From Klebsormidium nitens (Eukaryota; Plantae; Klebsormidiophyceae): a stretch of DNA of 64,000 nt. The notes beneath the pieces are model-generated. The model was not told where the DNA came from. It did not search any database and was given only the letters and a program-made list of their open reading frames with translations. Position 1 is the stretch's first letter. Every line of letters begins with the position of its first letter. The DNA lies in the NCBI GenBank assembly GCA_000708835.1, contig DF236966.1, positions 310,001 to 374,000 of the forward strand, written 5' to 3'. Of the stretch, positions 1 to 11,266 are shown piece by piece. Made by a program: the position numbers and the translations under genes.

Positions 1-342
1 TCAACTGCCATGTGAGCCAATGCTGTCTGCCCGAGGTCGAATATTGTTGGCCATCGTTTGCAAGTCACTCTGAAAAAGAAGGGCAATGACTGAGCAGAAC
101 ATTTGCGCCCTTGCAAAGCTCTTGCCAACGCCTGCTACTCTAGTGCCCCTTATGCTAGCTTACTCAGTAAAGATGCCCCCTGGCATCTTCTGTGTAGCTC
201 CGACAAACACTGGAATTGCCACCACAACTCTGAACGTTGTTGGTAATGTCTGGATCATTCTAGCTTGGTGCAGATACAGATGGGGCACTAATGGGTTTGA
301 TATTCTGGACAAGCCTGACCGTCTGCGTACGCTGTCCTGCAG

Positions 343-3300
343 GTTGTGGATGCCCCCGAGCTCAACCGAACATGGACAGGGACTGAGATGGTGGCCCCTC
401 GCACCGGCGCGAACCGCTTTGCTGTCTCCAAGTCTCAGAAGCTGCTAAACTACCAACCGCCATCGCCGAAAGCCCCAGAGGCGCCCGTTCACCCCGAACC
501 GATACCAGAGGTTTTGCCGTCCCCTAGAAAGGAAACGAGAGACAGTGGGACGTCCCCTGAGGCAGCGGCTGCAGAGGCCAGGGATCGGGCGACTTCGCCT
601 GAAGCGGAGGAAATGGGGGTGAAGGATGAGGAGGAGGTGGAAAAGAAAGTCCTGGGAGAAGGAGAGAAGGGGGATGAAGAGAAGGAAGAAGAAGCGGCTG
701 CAGCGCTCGATGGGGGAGAGGCAACAGAAGAGGAGGAAGGGGCAGAGAAAGGAGGCGAAGCAATGGTTGAGGATGAAGCGCAGGTAAGCGCTTCTTTCTG
801 GCAAGAAGTCCACTTATTTAAAACAAGTATGTTAGGTCCAGAAAAGCGCAGCGCCTGACTTTCCATCTGTGTGACTAGCGAGCTTGCCCTCTGCAACTCT
901 CAGCATAGCCTGCAATGGGAGGTAAAGAGTCAAGTTTTGCTGGAGTTTGCGAATGGTTGCGGTACCTGGTGGTTGAGCTGAGTCGGCAATTCAGGTACTC
1001 GGGAGCCACTCCTCAATGGTACATGTAGTGCACAAGTTCTTGGTTGTCGTAAAAGTAGTAAGGAGCAATATTTGATGTGCCTGGATCGAAAAGGTCAGTA
1101 GGAGGAGCATTTCTGTTGGGCAATGCACACACATTAGGAAGTAGGAGGGTCTGATTGATTAAGCAGATGCAAATGCTGAGAGTACCGGCGGTTGAGCATG
1201 GCGCAGATAGTGTAGCACCTCACAAGTTGACTGTTTCGCTTCCAGGCGGAGCTATTGTGCAGCACGGCTCAGAGTAGTCCAGCCTCCTAGAGATCATTGA
1301 GTTATAGACGTTGAGCTCTGACAATGATCGATCCCACAGATTCTTCCTGTCTACTTCGAAGAAAAGAATGGTTTAAAGTCGCTTTGTTCTTTGTATTGGA
1401 GTGTCATGGCTATCCCTATCAAGGACATCGAAGCAACTCAGTTAGACTGCTTCCCAAGGGTTTTGCCTTCGTGGAAGGCCTCAGGGTTTGCCCCTTTGCA
1501 ATCGACTTGCTGCTTGCATCTTTCTGGCTGGGCTTATGTTGACCCGGTTGAGAGCAGTCCCCTCAGCGCAAATGAGGCCTCTTCTTGTCTTTGTTGTTGT
1601 ATCGTGGACAGAGTGACTCATCAGAACCAGCTTCACAATGCTGCTCAGAAGCTTTCCCTTGGAACGTCTTATACCAACTCCGAACACCTTTGGCCAGGTC
1701 AGTAAAGTAGCTGACACGAAGGGGCTAACACGTAGCTCCCTTGAAGATCAAGCCGCAATCCATAAAGTGGAATGCTTTCAGTAGTGGGTTGCTGTTTGCA
1801 ACCCAAATGGTGCACAATATTACTCGGAACAAGATTTCTTTACTAAAGGTGTGCACTTTCTGACTGTTCAAGGTACTTGTATCTGAGCCCTTTGACGATG
1901 TAGCCCAAACCCTCAACCCCGCAGGAGAAGTTTCAGCACCAGAGCCCTTTCAGAGCACCAGTTCCACCACCTCCTTCTCTTATCAATGTCTCCACCCCTC
2001 TTCCGGTTGAAGAGGACATACCAGATCATCAGGTGTTGGATTTGCTTGCCCCCTTCCCGTTTTCTGACAAGGACTCCACCCCTCCCCTCAGGTGGCTGGC
2101 GATGCACCCCCCCACGAGCGGACCGGCTCCGACGCCGACGAAGCTGAGTTCCTGCAGTTGCTGGGAACCAAGAGCGACGAGTTCAAAGAGGCGGAGGACA
2201 CCGACTTCGACGCGCGCTCCGACGTGGTGCAGCTGAGCCGCCCCGGCAGCCCCCGGGGGAACTTGGCGGGCGGTTTCGAGCAGAACGACAGCCAGCCGCC
2301 GACGCCCAAGACTGCGCTCCTCCGGCAGTTTGAGGCTGAGATGGGTATGTTTGGGGGGGAAGAAAAGGGGGGGGGTATGTTTGAGGATCTTGTGGATGAT
2401 GAGGGGGTGGCCTATGATGGAGATGGGGAGTATAGGCAGAGCATGCTAGGGGGGGATGAATTTGGGGCAGACGGGCTGGGGGGGAGAGTGCAGGAGCGGA
2501 TGGACCTCGACAAGGGGGGGTACCGCCTGGTGCACCGGCCGCGGTATGCATTGGACGACAACGGCCAGTGGGTGGTGGCGGGGTACGAGGAGGAGTACGA
2601 GCGGGTTGATGCGGAAGACGGGGAGTTGTACGTGGAAGCCTCGAACCAGGACTTCGGGCGTACGGACTACGAGTTGATGGACGACCGTCCGATGACGGGC
2701 GAGGAGCTCTGGGAGGCGTACCGCTCGCAGGAGGGTTTCCACGCTGCGTTGCGGCGGCGTAACGATGACATGGAAGTTGGGCACGGGGATGATCTCCCCT
2801 CCCTCAGCGCAGAGTACCTGGCCAGCCAGGACGCGCCCCCCCTGAAGAAGACGAGCAAGTCGCGCGTGGAGGAACTAGAGGCGGCGGAGACGGAGCTCTT
2901 GATGCAGCAGTTCGGGCTCACGCAAGACGCGTTCGACGACTCCCCGACGCCCCCTCAGAACCCAATGCAGCGCCACCTGTCGCGTGTCGTGTCCATGCAG
3001 GCCGATGCGATGAGCCTGGCGCACGCGAGTGGGAACTCGCTCGCACCCCCTCCGGCAACGGCGCTCAACTCCGGGGGGCCGTCAGTGGTTGCGCTTGGGG
3101 ACGGGGGGTGTCTCCGGGCAATGGACATGCGGTTGTTCCCCAAGGGGAGCAGTGGGCTGGTCATGCAGTGCAGCCAGCCGGTGGTGGTGCCCCCCGAGAT
3201 GGGGGGAAACGCGGTGGAAATCATGCAAAGGATGGCAGGTGAGAATGGAGTGCTTCATCGATGGGTTGGGGCCATTGAGGCCATTGATTGACTGTATGCT

Positions 3301-6300
3301 GGAGGAACCAGGCCGTGTTGTGCCCTTTTGCGGATTGGGAGGAAAGCACTGCGTCCTTTCTGTCCTTTCTCTTCTTGACTATCGTTTCAAGTCTGCTCAC
3401 CATGTTTTCGGTATCGTCCCTTCTCCGGCTGGCATGCTACTAAACCGCCAAGAATCGTCCTGTTACCTGTAGTCTTGGTCCTTCAAGTTCATCTTTGACT
3501 GAATCCTCCAAAATACCAGTGCCGATTCATAAAGGCTACATACGGAAAGGATTTGCTTCCAAGTTGGGTCCCAGGATTCGAATTTTAGTGGTTTTCAGGA
3601 TTCAGAGTTCAGAAATCAGGATTCAGAGTATCTCCACAGCGGTTTGGTGTCGTCAGCTGACGTTCACTGCCCGCTTGTTGAGCAGGCGCCGGTGCGGACG
3701 GCATGATCGCGGGCGCGCTCGCATCGATGCCCATGGCCGAGCTGACCGGCATGAGCATCGACCAGATCGCGGCCGAAGGCATGGCCGCTCTCGAGGGATC
3801 CCACAAGAAGGGCTGGGCCAGTCTCCTCGACTCCGGCGCAGCCCACCGAGCCGTCAACTACTCCAGCCAGTCCCTCGAGGGGGGGCAATCCGCCCTGCAT
3901 CTGGAGGGGGGGAGCGCGCCCCTGGCGCTGGAGTACGAGGGATCGTCCCAGCAGACGGGGCAGCTGGTGACAGCTGGCAGGCCCGGGTTCGCGGGCTACA
4001 GCAGCAACTTCGCGGAACTAGAGGCGGATCGGAAGGCGCTCACGGTGTTCGAGTCGAACCTGCCGGAGAGCCTCAGCGACGAGGCGCGCGCGCTCGCGAT
4101 CAGGGACGTCAAGACGGAGCTCGCAATGCGGCGCGAGTCGCGGGCGCGGCGGCAAGCACGTGAGTTGCTGCAGCAGACGTCCAAAGAGAATGATGCCGAA
4201 GAGACATTCATCCAGCAGCTAAAGTGATTGCGGCGGGCACTCTGCATATCAAAAGGTTGCGTCCCCTCGTTTCAGTATATACCCGTCAGCCATTGCTTGT
4301 GCTGCACTGCCAATCCGGAGTCCGAGTCCAGGTGTAAAACGCGGTCGCTAAGTGCATTTGGCAACGTGTCTATGTGCTCTAAAGGTCAGGACTGATGGTC
4401 GGGATGCCTAATACCTGTTTCGTCCTTTTCAGGCGAGATCGCTTTGCGGAACCAGGGCGGTCTGGCTGGCGGCGACCGTCCTCTGGCCCCGGGAGAACTT
4501 CCCGAGCAGTTGGTCGGGCTGGAAGAGCTGGGGCCCCTGGCGATGCAGACGGTGGAATCACTCGCCATCGAGGGGCTCAAGATCCAGACGGACATGACGG
4601 AGCAGGAGGCGCCGTACCAGGTGCGAAAACGAGTCCTCTATTTTTGTTTTCTCCGATCAAGATGGGAAAGTTGTTCATCGCGCTGCTGCGCTGACACTTA
4701 TTTGGGGAGTATCAGAAAAAAGAAACGGTCCTGGTTTCGCATAAAATGGTTCGTCGAGCAGGCTGATTACGCCGGAACTACCTCATATATCACCCTGTAC
4801 AGTGAAGGTGAAGCATTTGGACGGGAAACCTACTTTTCTGCGAAGGGGACCACAATCTTGTCGAACAGGTCAAGAAAGATCGCGTTACTTTTGAACACAC
4901 CACACACGAACATCAGCCGTCGAAGCACCCCACATCCTGAGAGCCGAACCACCTTCTCGACTCTGCACGCGCTGAGCTGGGGGTCTCCAGTTCAGCGTCT
5001 GACTGCCTCTGAACCTCCCCGATTGACTGGAAATTTTGTGCTCGAATAATCGAAACTCGAAGTCCGGTCACTGGCCGCCAGGATCCGGACCCCCAACCCC
5101 AAACGCCTCAGCAACCCCTGACCCCTGACCCTCAACTAACCCCAAACGCCGTAGGTAAACGCCCTGAGCTAGCGACATGGACCCAAGTCCGTTGAGCAGC
5201 AACGAGCGGAGACTCAACATCACACATTCCGCCATCATCACGCCAAAGACGTTCTTTCAACAATCCCGGTGCTTCAAATGCAAAAGAAACTTCCGAGTAC
5301 CAGTCCCTTCTTCCCCGCAGGTAGACGCCCTGAGCTGGGGCGACGTGGACACCAAGTCCGTTGAGGAGCAATGACTGGAAATCTCGAGTTTACGCTCTTC
5401 CAGAACCACGCCAAAGAGACATTTCTGTTGATTAACACCAAACCTTGAAGTGCAAGCTTGGACACGAATAACCGAGTGGTTTTCCTTTCAGGTGGATGCG
5501 CTGAGCTGGGGCGACGTGGACCCCAAGTTCATCGAGCAGGCCAAGAAGCAGGCTCAAGCGGGCCAGCTGCCCATGATGGGGGGCCCACAGCAGTTCCAGA
5601 TGCTGGAGGGGGGGGAGTACGTCAGTACCAGCGAGGGGGGGGGCGCGATGGTGCCCCTCGGGGGCCCTCTGGGAGGGTTGTTCTCGGGCCGCAACACCGA
5701 CATGGAGGTCAACTCCGAGGTGAGCCAGGGGGTGACGTTAGCGCTTCTGTAAGCGTTGTCAGCGAGCAGCAGGCTGTACTCTTCTGAGCGGATGATGCGC
5801 AGATTCTAATGGAGAGTTCTTGGCGTGCAGACAATTTCGCGAACCTGAAATCTAGCTCGTCTGTTATTCTCCCTACAGGACTACGAGGCGAACATGGCCC
5901 TCATGGCGTCGGCGGTGTCGCTGGACGAGTGGATGCGGCTGGACACTGGCGTGGAGCAGGACGAGGAGAACATGTCAGAGCAGACGCGCGCGATCCTGGC
6001 CGCGCACCGGGCGCAGCACGGCGACGTGGCAGCAGCACGGGCCAAGTGAGTCGTCGGACCACTGCGAAGGGACCGTGTAACGCGCTATTTTTTTGAGCCA
6101 CCACGGGAAGCCCTTGTACAAGGGCCTGTTGACACGCATCACTATGTGCTTTTCACAGTGCTCGTTCGTTGTAAGCGCACGGTTGAGGAAGGACTGTGAT
6201 CATTCGGAGTTGTGTCGGAGAACGACTCGCGCCTGTCTAGAAGGGCTATAATATTTGGTTCAAAGCACTTTTCCTCTTGTCTGATCTCTCCGACGTCCTC

Positions 6301-8255
6301 GATGAAAGCCAGGACCCTGCTCAAGAGTGTCTCGTTGATAGCACGCAATCCCCTCGTCTTCCCGACATGTTGGGTCTCTTCCTTTCTATGGCGCAGCTTG
6401 TTTGTTTCTTACATCTTTTCCTTCTGTTCCCAGGCCCGGCTGCCCCCAGGAGGACACAATGAACGACAAGCTGACCCTGACAGTGCTGATTTAGCCGAGG
6501 GATCTCTATTGCACAGCTTCTTTGTTTCTCAAATATTTCCTCCTCTCCTTTCCACAGGCCCAGAGCAGGGCGCGATATGGGCGAGAAGCTGATGCTTGCA
6601 ATGCTAATTTAGCTGAGGGAACTCTTTTGCACGGCTTCTTTATCATTAAAATCCCCCCCTTCCTTTTTTCAGGCCCGGCGGCCCCCAGCAGGGCGCGATG
6701 GGCGACAAGCTGACCCTGGCGATGCTGGTTCAGCTGAGGGATCCCCTTCGCAACTACGAGCCGGTGGGGCAGCCTATGCTGGCAATGGTTCAGGCGGAGA
6801 GGGTCCTGTCAGCCCCCGCTCCAAGGAGGACGAAACGGCAAGCGCGATTGGAAGCGGCAAAGAAGCGCACGCTGCAGCTAGAGGGGGGCCAACAAAGGCG
6901 GGCGATCATGGGGCCCGAGGAGGGGGGGCGCACCGAGGAAGAGGAGCGCCGCACAGAGGAAGAGGAGCGCCGTGCGCAGCAGGAGGCTGTGAGTGGCGCC
7001 CATGAGTTATCTGACCTGTAGAGACGCTGCTTTGCTAAAACCGTGACGAGCTACACATGAACCGGGAGCTTGTGAAAGTTGTTCAGAGAACTTTCTCGCT
7101 GGGGGAAGCATACTGAGACGGTGCACGGACATCGCATGTTTTGCGGTATGCTTCGAATTTGAGCAGGCACCCGGATAGGCACTGCGAGGATATTCAATGA
7201 GGAGATCTGTGTCTGCTTCGTCATCATCTGCCCAGTTTGCTCGGCGCTTACTTGAGATTTTTTTGCCCACCTACTAAGCTGTTGTATCATCCACGACAAT
7301 CTCCGACCATGAAGTTCTGATTCTAAACCTCCCCCTCTCCAGGTGGAAAACGCCGTGCAAGAAGAGGCGGAGGTGTACTACTCAGACGACGAGGAGTTGG
7401 AAGACGCGCCAACCCCCCCTGCAGAAACCAACCCCAAGTTCCGGATTACCGGGGTACACATGGCGGGGCTTGGAAAGAACGACAAGCCGGATGCGGCGGC
7501 GAGCAAGCACAAGAAGTGGGGGGGGCAGAAGCAGCAGGTGGGCAGTTGGACATCGGGCCCCTTTTCTTGTGTATCTGGTCCTTGTAAAACTCGGAGGGCT
7601 CAGTGTCTCGGTCTTGATGTTTGGTCACTACGTTTTTGAGTTTGATAGTGCACAGAGCTGCCCATACGGGAACTTTCTCTGAACGAACAACCTCGCAAAA
7701 AGGGGTTCTGTCCTGCGTTGGGTGACAGTCTGGTGTGTCAGGGAATAGCCTGGGAAAAGGAACGGCCAGTTACCTGGCCGTGGTATCTTGTTAAGCTTTG
7801 CGTGGTCGTATATTCGTTTCATCCGCTTTGAAAACTGTGCTTTATCGGTCTGCTTCATTGTCCTCTTCACAGTATTCATAATGTGGACGCGAACCCTTGA
7901 TACTTCGGAGGGTGCTCATCCCAGCGTGCGCTTTTGTAATATGTTCCGCATCTCAGTTCCTAGTTCCCGTGCCTATCGCCACTTCCTGCGAGCGACTCAA
8001 GGTTTCTCTGCTGATTGCCAGGTCGCTGGTTCGCGGTGGCTGCTGGCAAACGGCCTCGGGCATAACGCCAAGAGCGCTATGATGAAGGATAAGGCCCCGC
8101 CAGCCAAAACACGTGTCAAGAAGGGGGAGACGCTATGGAGCATCTCGTCGCGCGTCTATGGGGACGGCTCCAAGTGGAAGGACGTTGCGGCTTTGAACCC
8201 TCACATCCGGAATCCAGACGTCATCTTTGCTGATGACACTATCCGGATGAGGTAG
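343..8255 (+). CDS. PMIR1: PLASTID MOVEMENT IMPAIRED 1-related protein with C-terminal LysM domain (5' partial; NT-C2 exons presumably upstream of window)
   Basis: Frame-consistent GT-AG exons 343-783, 2092-3238, 3686-4159, 4433-4620, 5492-5719, 5879-6045, 6673-6988, 7343-7537, 8022-8255 (3390 nt, stop TAG). PMI1/PMIR motifs: GPLAMQTVESLAIEGLKIQ, SLDEWMRLDTG..RAILAAH, LTLAMLVQLRDPLRNYEPVGQPMLAMVQAERV, KFRITGVHMAGL, GSRWLLANGLG. LysM: VKKGETLWSISSRVYGDGSKWKDVAALNPHIRNPDVIF. Confidence 0.9.
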
Positions 8256-9975
8256 CGCAAACGTCCTGAATAAATTTGATGGAATGTAGGGGAGTAGCAT
8301 GGGGTTGTCGTCGCCGTGCGCTTTGCGTTGCTTGAACACATGGCGAGAGCCGGGGCCTGCACGAAATAGTCCTTGTTGGAAGGGCAAGCTGAAAGGACTC
8401 TCGTCTTACTTAACGCTACGAAAGCAGAAATAAGAGCCCGAGTACGCCTACTTGCTGATGATAGTAGTACCGTACCAGGCGATACTGGCTGTTTGCAGCA
8501 CATCAAGGTCTGTGGTTGTCAGGTGTGCCAGCGAAGGCCGAGTGTGGTTGTAAAGTTCTTGCACCAGATAGAAGCCTTATAAGCATTGCGAAAGAGTTTT
8601 TTACATGATGCAGACGGTTCAGTCTGTCATTGTGTGCTATAGAGAAGAAATGGGTGTCTGCTTGTAAGGTAAACCTAGCATAGCCTGTCCAGCTTGATAC
8701 GAGATTTGTCGTTGTCTTAGATTGTGATTCAACACGTCTGATTCCACATAAAACTTGATTGCCCTGGCTCCTATGTTTCTGTCCGACCATCCGATTGAGC
8801 ATTACACCCGCCATGTGTAACCCACGACTCAGGATTTATAGATGTCTATCCGACCCGGTGAATGCAACTGCATGGAGCGTAGTTGAGCCAGTAAAGCACA
8901 CCGGCCGCCTGCCTCAATCATATTCGTCATTAGTGACTTGCGATCGTTCATACCGTAAATTGCCATGGCCACCCGTCACTTGCAATTAAGAGCTTGCTTA
9001 TAGATATGCGCAACAACCGCCACCCACTGCACAGCGCGTGCGGAACTTCGTCACACGATCCATTGCTGAAAGTCATGCACACTGCGTTTTCAAAGGGTTC
9101 AATTATTTCAATAGATTGACCATTTGGGCGGAACTTTGCTGAGATCTGCGCTATATAGTGATACTTCCAATTGGAAGCGAACCTGGTATAACCGTGCCCG
9201 AGTCAGGCCTTGCATCATTTGGCCCGGCTTGCATGCGTTTGTCGAATTCAAAGAATTGCCGCCCAGAAGCCGAATGCAACGGGGTTGCAGCTTTCGTCGA
9301 GTGCGGCAACATACGATCGGATGCCGATGAAGGGACATTTGAACTTCACAAATGCATGTCTGCACACGAGGTTTTGAGTATGGATCCATGCTTTATGGCT
9401 TCCTCATGGCTGTTTTTATAATAGCTTTTGACTCTGGTGACAGGGGTCTAATGGTTGCGAACAAGAGGACAAGAGTTGGAGCTGACCCTTCAACTTGCGT
9501 GTGAAGCGTAGGGAATGCGCAAATGGTGTGTGCAACGTCCTACAGTAGGCTACAAGTAGGTTCCGTGTTGCAAGGTTGGAGTCATCTCGCTGCTGTAAAC
9601 GCTGACGTAAAAGGAAGATTCAGGCGCTTTAACCGGATCACGAGAGCTCGAGCCTCTTTGCTAAGAGCAGGATGTCGATCGATGTTTTCCTTCGCTTCTC
9701 GCCCTGCATGCTACCTTTCTCACACCCAATCAGGCTACCAAAGTGTAGTACGTCGATGTTGTAGCTCCAACATGCGGTCCACAAACTCCAAGCGCAGATT
9801 CATGGCCATGGTCCCTCGTCCATTCAGGACACCTACTGGATATTCAACTCTTGCTACCCTGAATCTGGCGCCGGACGAACACGGCGACCTTATCTTAATA
9901 CAGCAGGTTTAGAATGTATGGTTCTGGGTGCAAAAAAAGAAAAAGAAGAGAAAGATTGCCGTTGCCTCCTGAAAC

Positions 9976-10545
9976 CTAGGAGGACCAACTGGTGGGGCGC
10001 AAGACGGTCGACTGCAGCCTCTGTGCCAGCATCCGCTCTTCCTCTTGCTTTCGATATTCCTTCGATTTTTCCACCATCATATCAAGAATATCCTCCAAAG
10101 TAGGCCGCCTAGACGCCAACTCTTCCGCATGCTCAACCTTGTACAAGTCATACATGTACTCGTCCACTGCATCCGCGACCCATGCAAAGGCCTTCCCCTC
10201 TAGCTTCCGCAGTGCTTTTGGAGACAGCATGGTGCAGCTTAGTAAGAACTTCTTTAGCCCCGCCCCAAACCCCTTGGACATCTCCTTGTACAAAGGCTTA
10301 TCTTGGAGAGTCTTTTCTCTGGCCGCAGCCGCTGCAAATTCTGTCGCTAGATTAGCAATCCTAGTTGCTAGATCCTCGAGTCGCTTCTTACGTTCATCTA
10401 TATTGGCCTCGCTACAATGTTCAAGGCTTTCCGAAATTTCATCCAGGAGCTCCAGGGTCCTTGTGTAGAAGCGCTCTCTCCACTTTCTAACATAGGTCGC
10501 GGGTACGGGTCCGGGTGCCGGCGGCCACATCTTTGTCCGAAGCAT
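9976..10545 (-). CDS. Hypothetical helical/coiled-coil protein (~189 aa), possibly an exon or transposon-derived ORF
   Basis: Uninterrupted ORF with natural, charged, helical composition (KWRERFYTRTLELLDEISESLE...); not the antisense of any modelled gene. No family recognised. Confidence 0.4.
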   Translation of the reverse strand: MLRTKMWPPAPGPVPATYVRKWRERFYTRTLELLDEISESLEHCSEANIDERKKRLEDLATRIANLATEFAAAAAREKTLQDKPLYKEMSKGFGAGLKKFLLSCTMLSPKALRKLEGKAFAWVADAVDEYMYDLYKVEHAEELASRRPTLEDILDMMVEKSKEYRKQEEERMLAQRLQSTVLRPTSWSS

Positions 10546-11266
10546 CACCAACAGGTCTCACTGCAAATGCCTTTCCGTACTAGCTCCTAGGTTTGAAGTG
10601 TTTGCATTCCATTCTGTAAAAAATAAGGGAAATGCCTTACAATTTCTCCACAAAAACAGACAATCAGATGGCAATCAGCGGGATCGTCCTGAGCACTCCG
10701 GTGACCATCTACCGGCGGTGTGAAAGCGGCGAAGTCCTTTCCACTCAGTACAGAGAGCTAGCGGCCATAGACGGGTTGACCACAATTCGAGCTGCACGGA
10801 CCGTCACCGTAGCGTCACGCATACGTACCGTCGCGGAGGCTCATGGACGTACCTTGACAGCCGACGTACGGTCGCGCGCCGTCTCGCGGCCGCCGCGCCT
10901 CCCAGTCCTCCTCAGCCTCCGCGCTGCAGGGTTTTGGTCGAGAGTTAACCCCAGACCGGTACCCAGTGTACCTCGATCGTTGTTCATGGCCGCCGGTGCA
11001 TACCCAGAGAACTCCCTCTCGTGACTCTCGGGTTGAAGGTTTGTCACCTCCTCCAGCTCAGCCTGCTCTGGAGTGGCATGTGCTTGAAGAACGGCTTCTC
11101 ACTCTGAGGGAACCCCCACTTTCGCCAAGCCCGAGAAGCTACATGACAGCTTACAGAAGCTGAGGGAGATAAATCTGCGCCCCATTTTCCGTGAGTTGGC
11201 ACTAAAGAGGAAGAATAAGGGACGCAAATTGTGTGCAGATCTAGTGGTGGTTCGTCCGCACTAGCC

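Noticed and set aside
445-896. Minus-strand ORFs overlapping PMIR1 exons (also many opposite SPT5, helicase and ASG2 exons)
   Set aside because: They are antisense shadows of GC-rich coding exons; the sense frames carry the family motifs.
900-1920. Short ORFs in the large PMIR1 intron
   Set aside because: No recognisable domain or splice-compatible frame. Could be transposon debris but this is unsupported.
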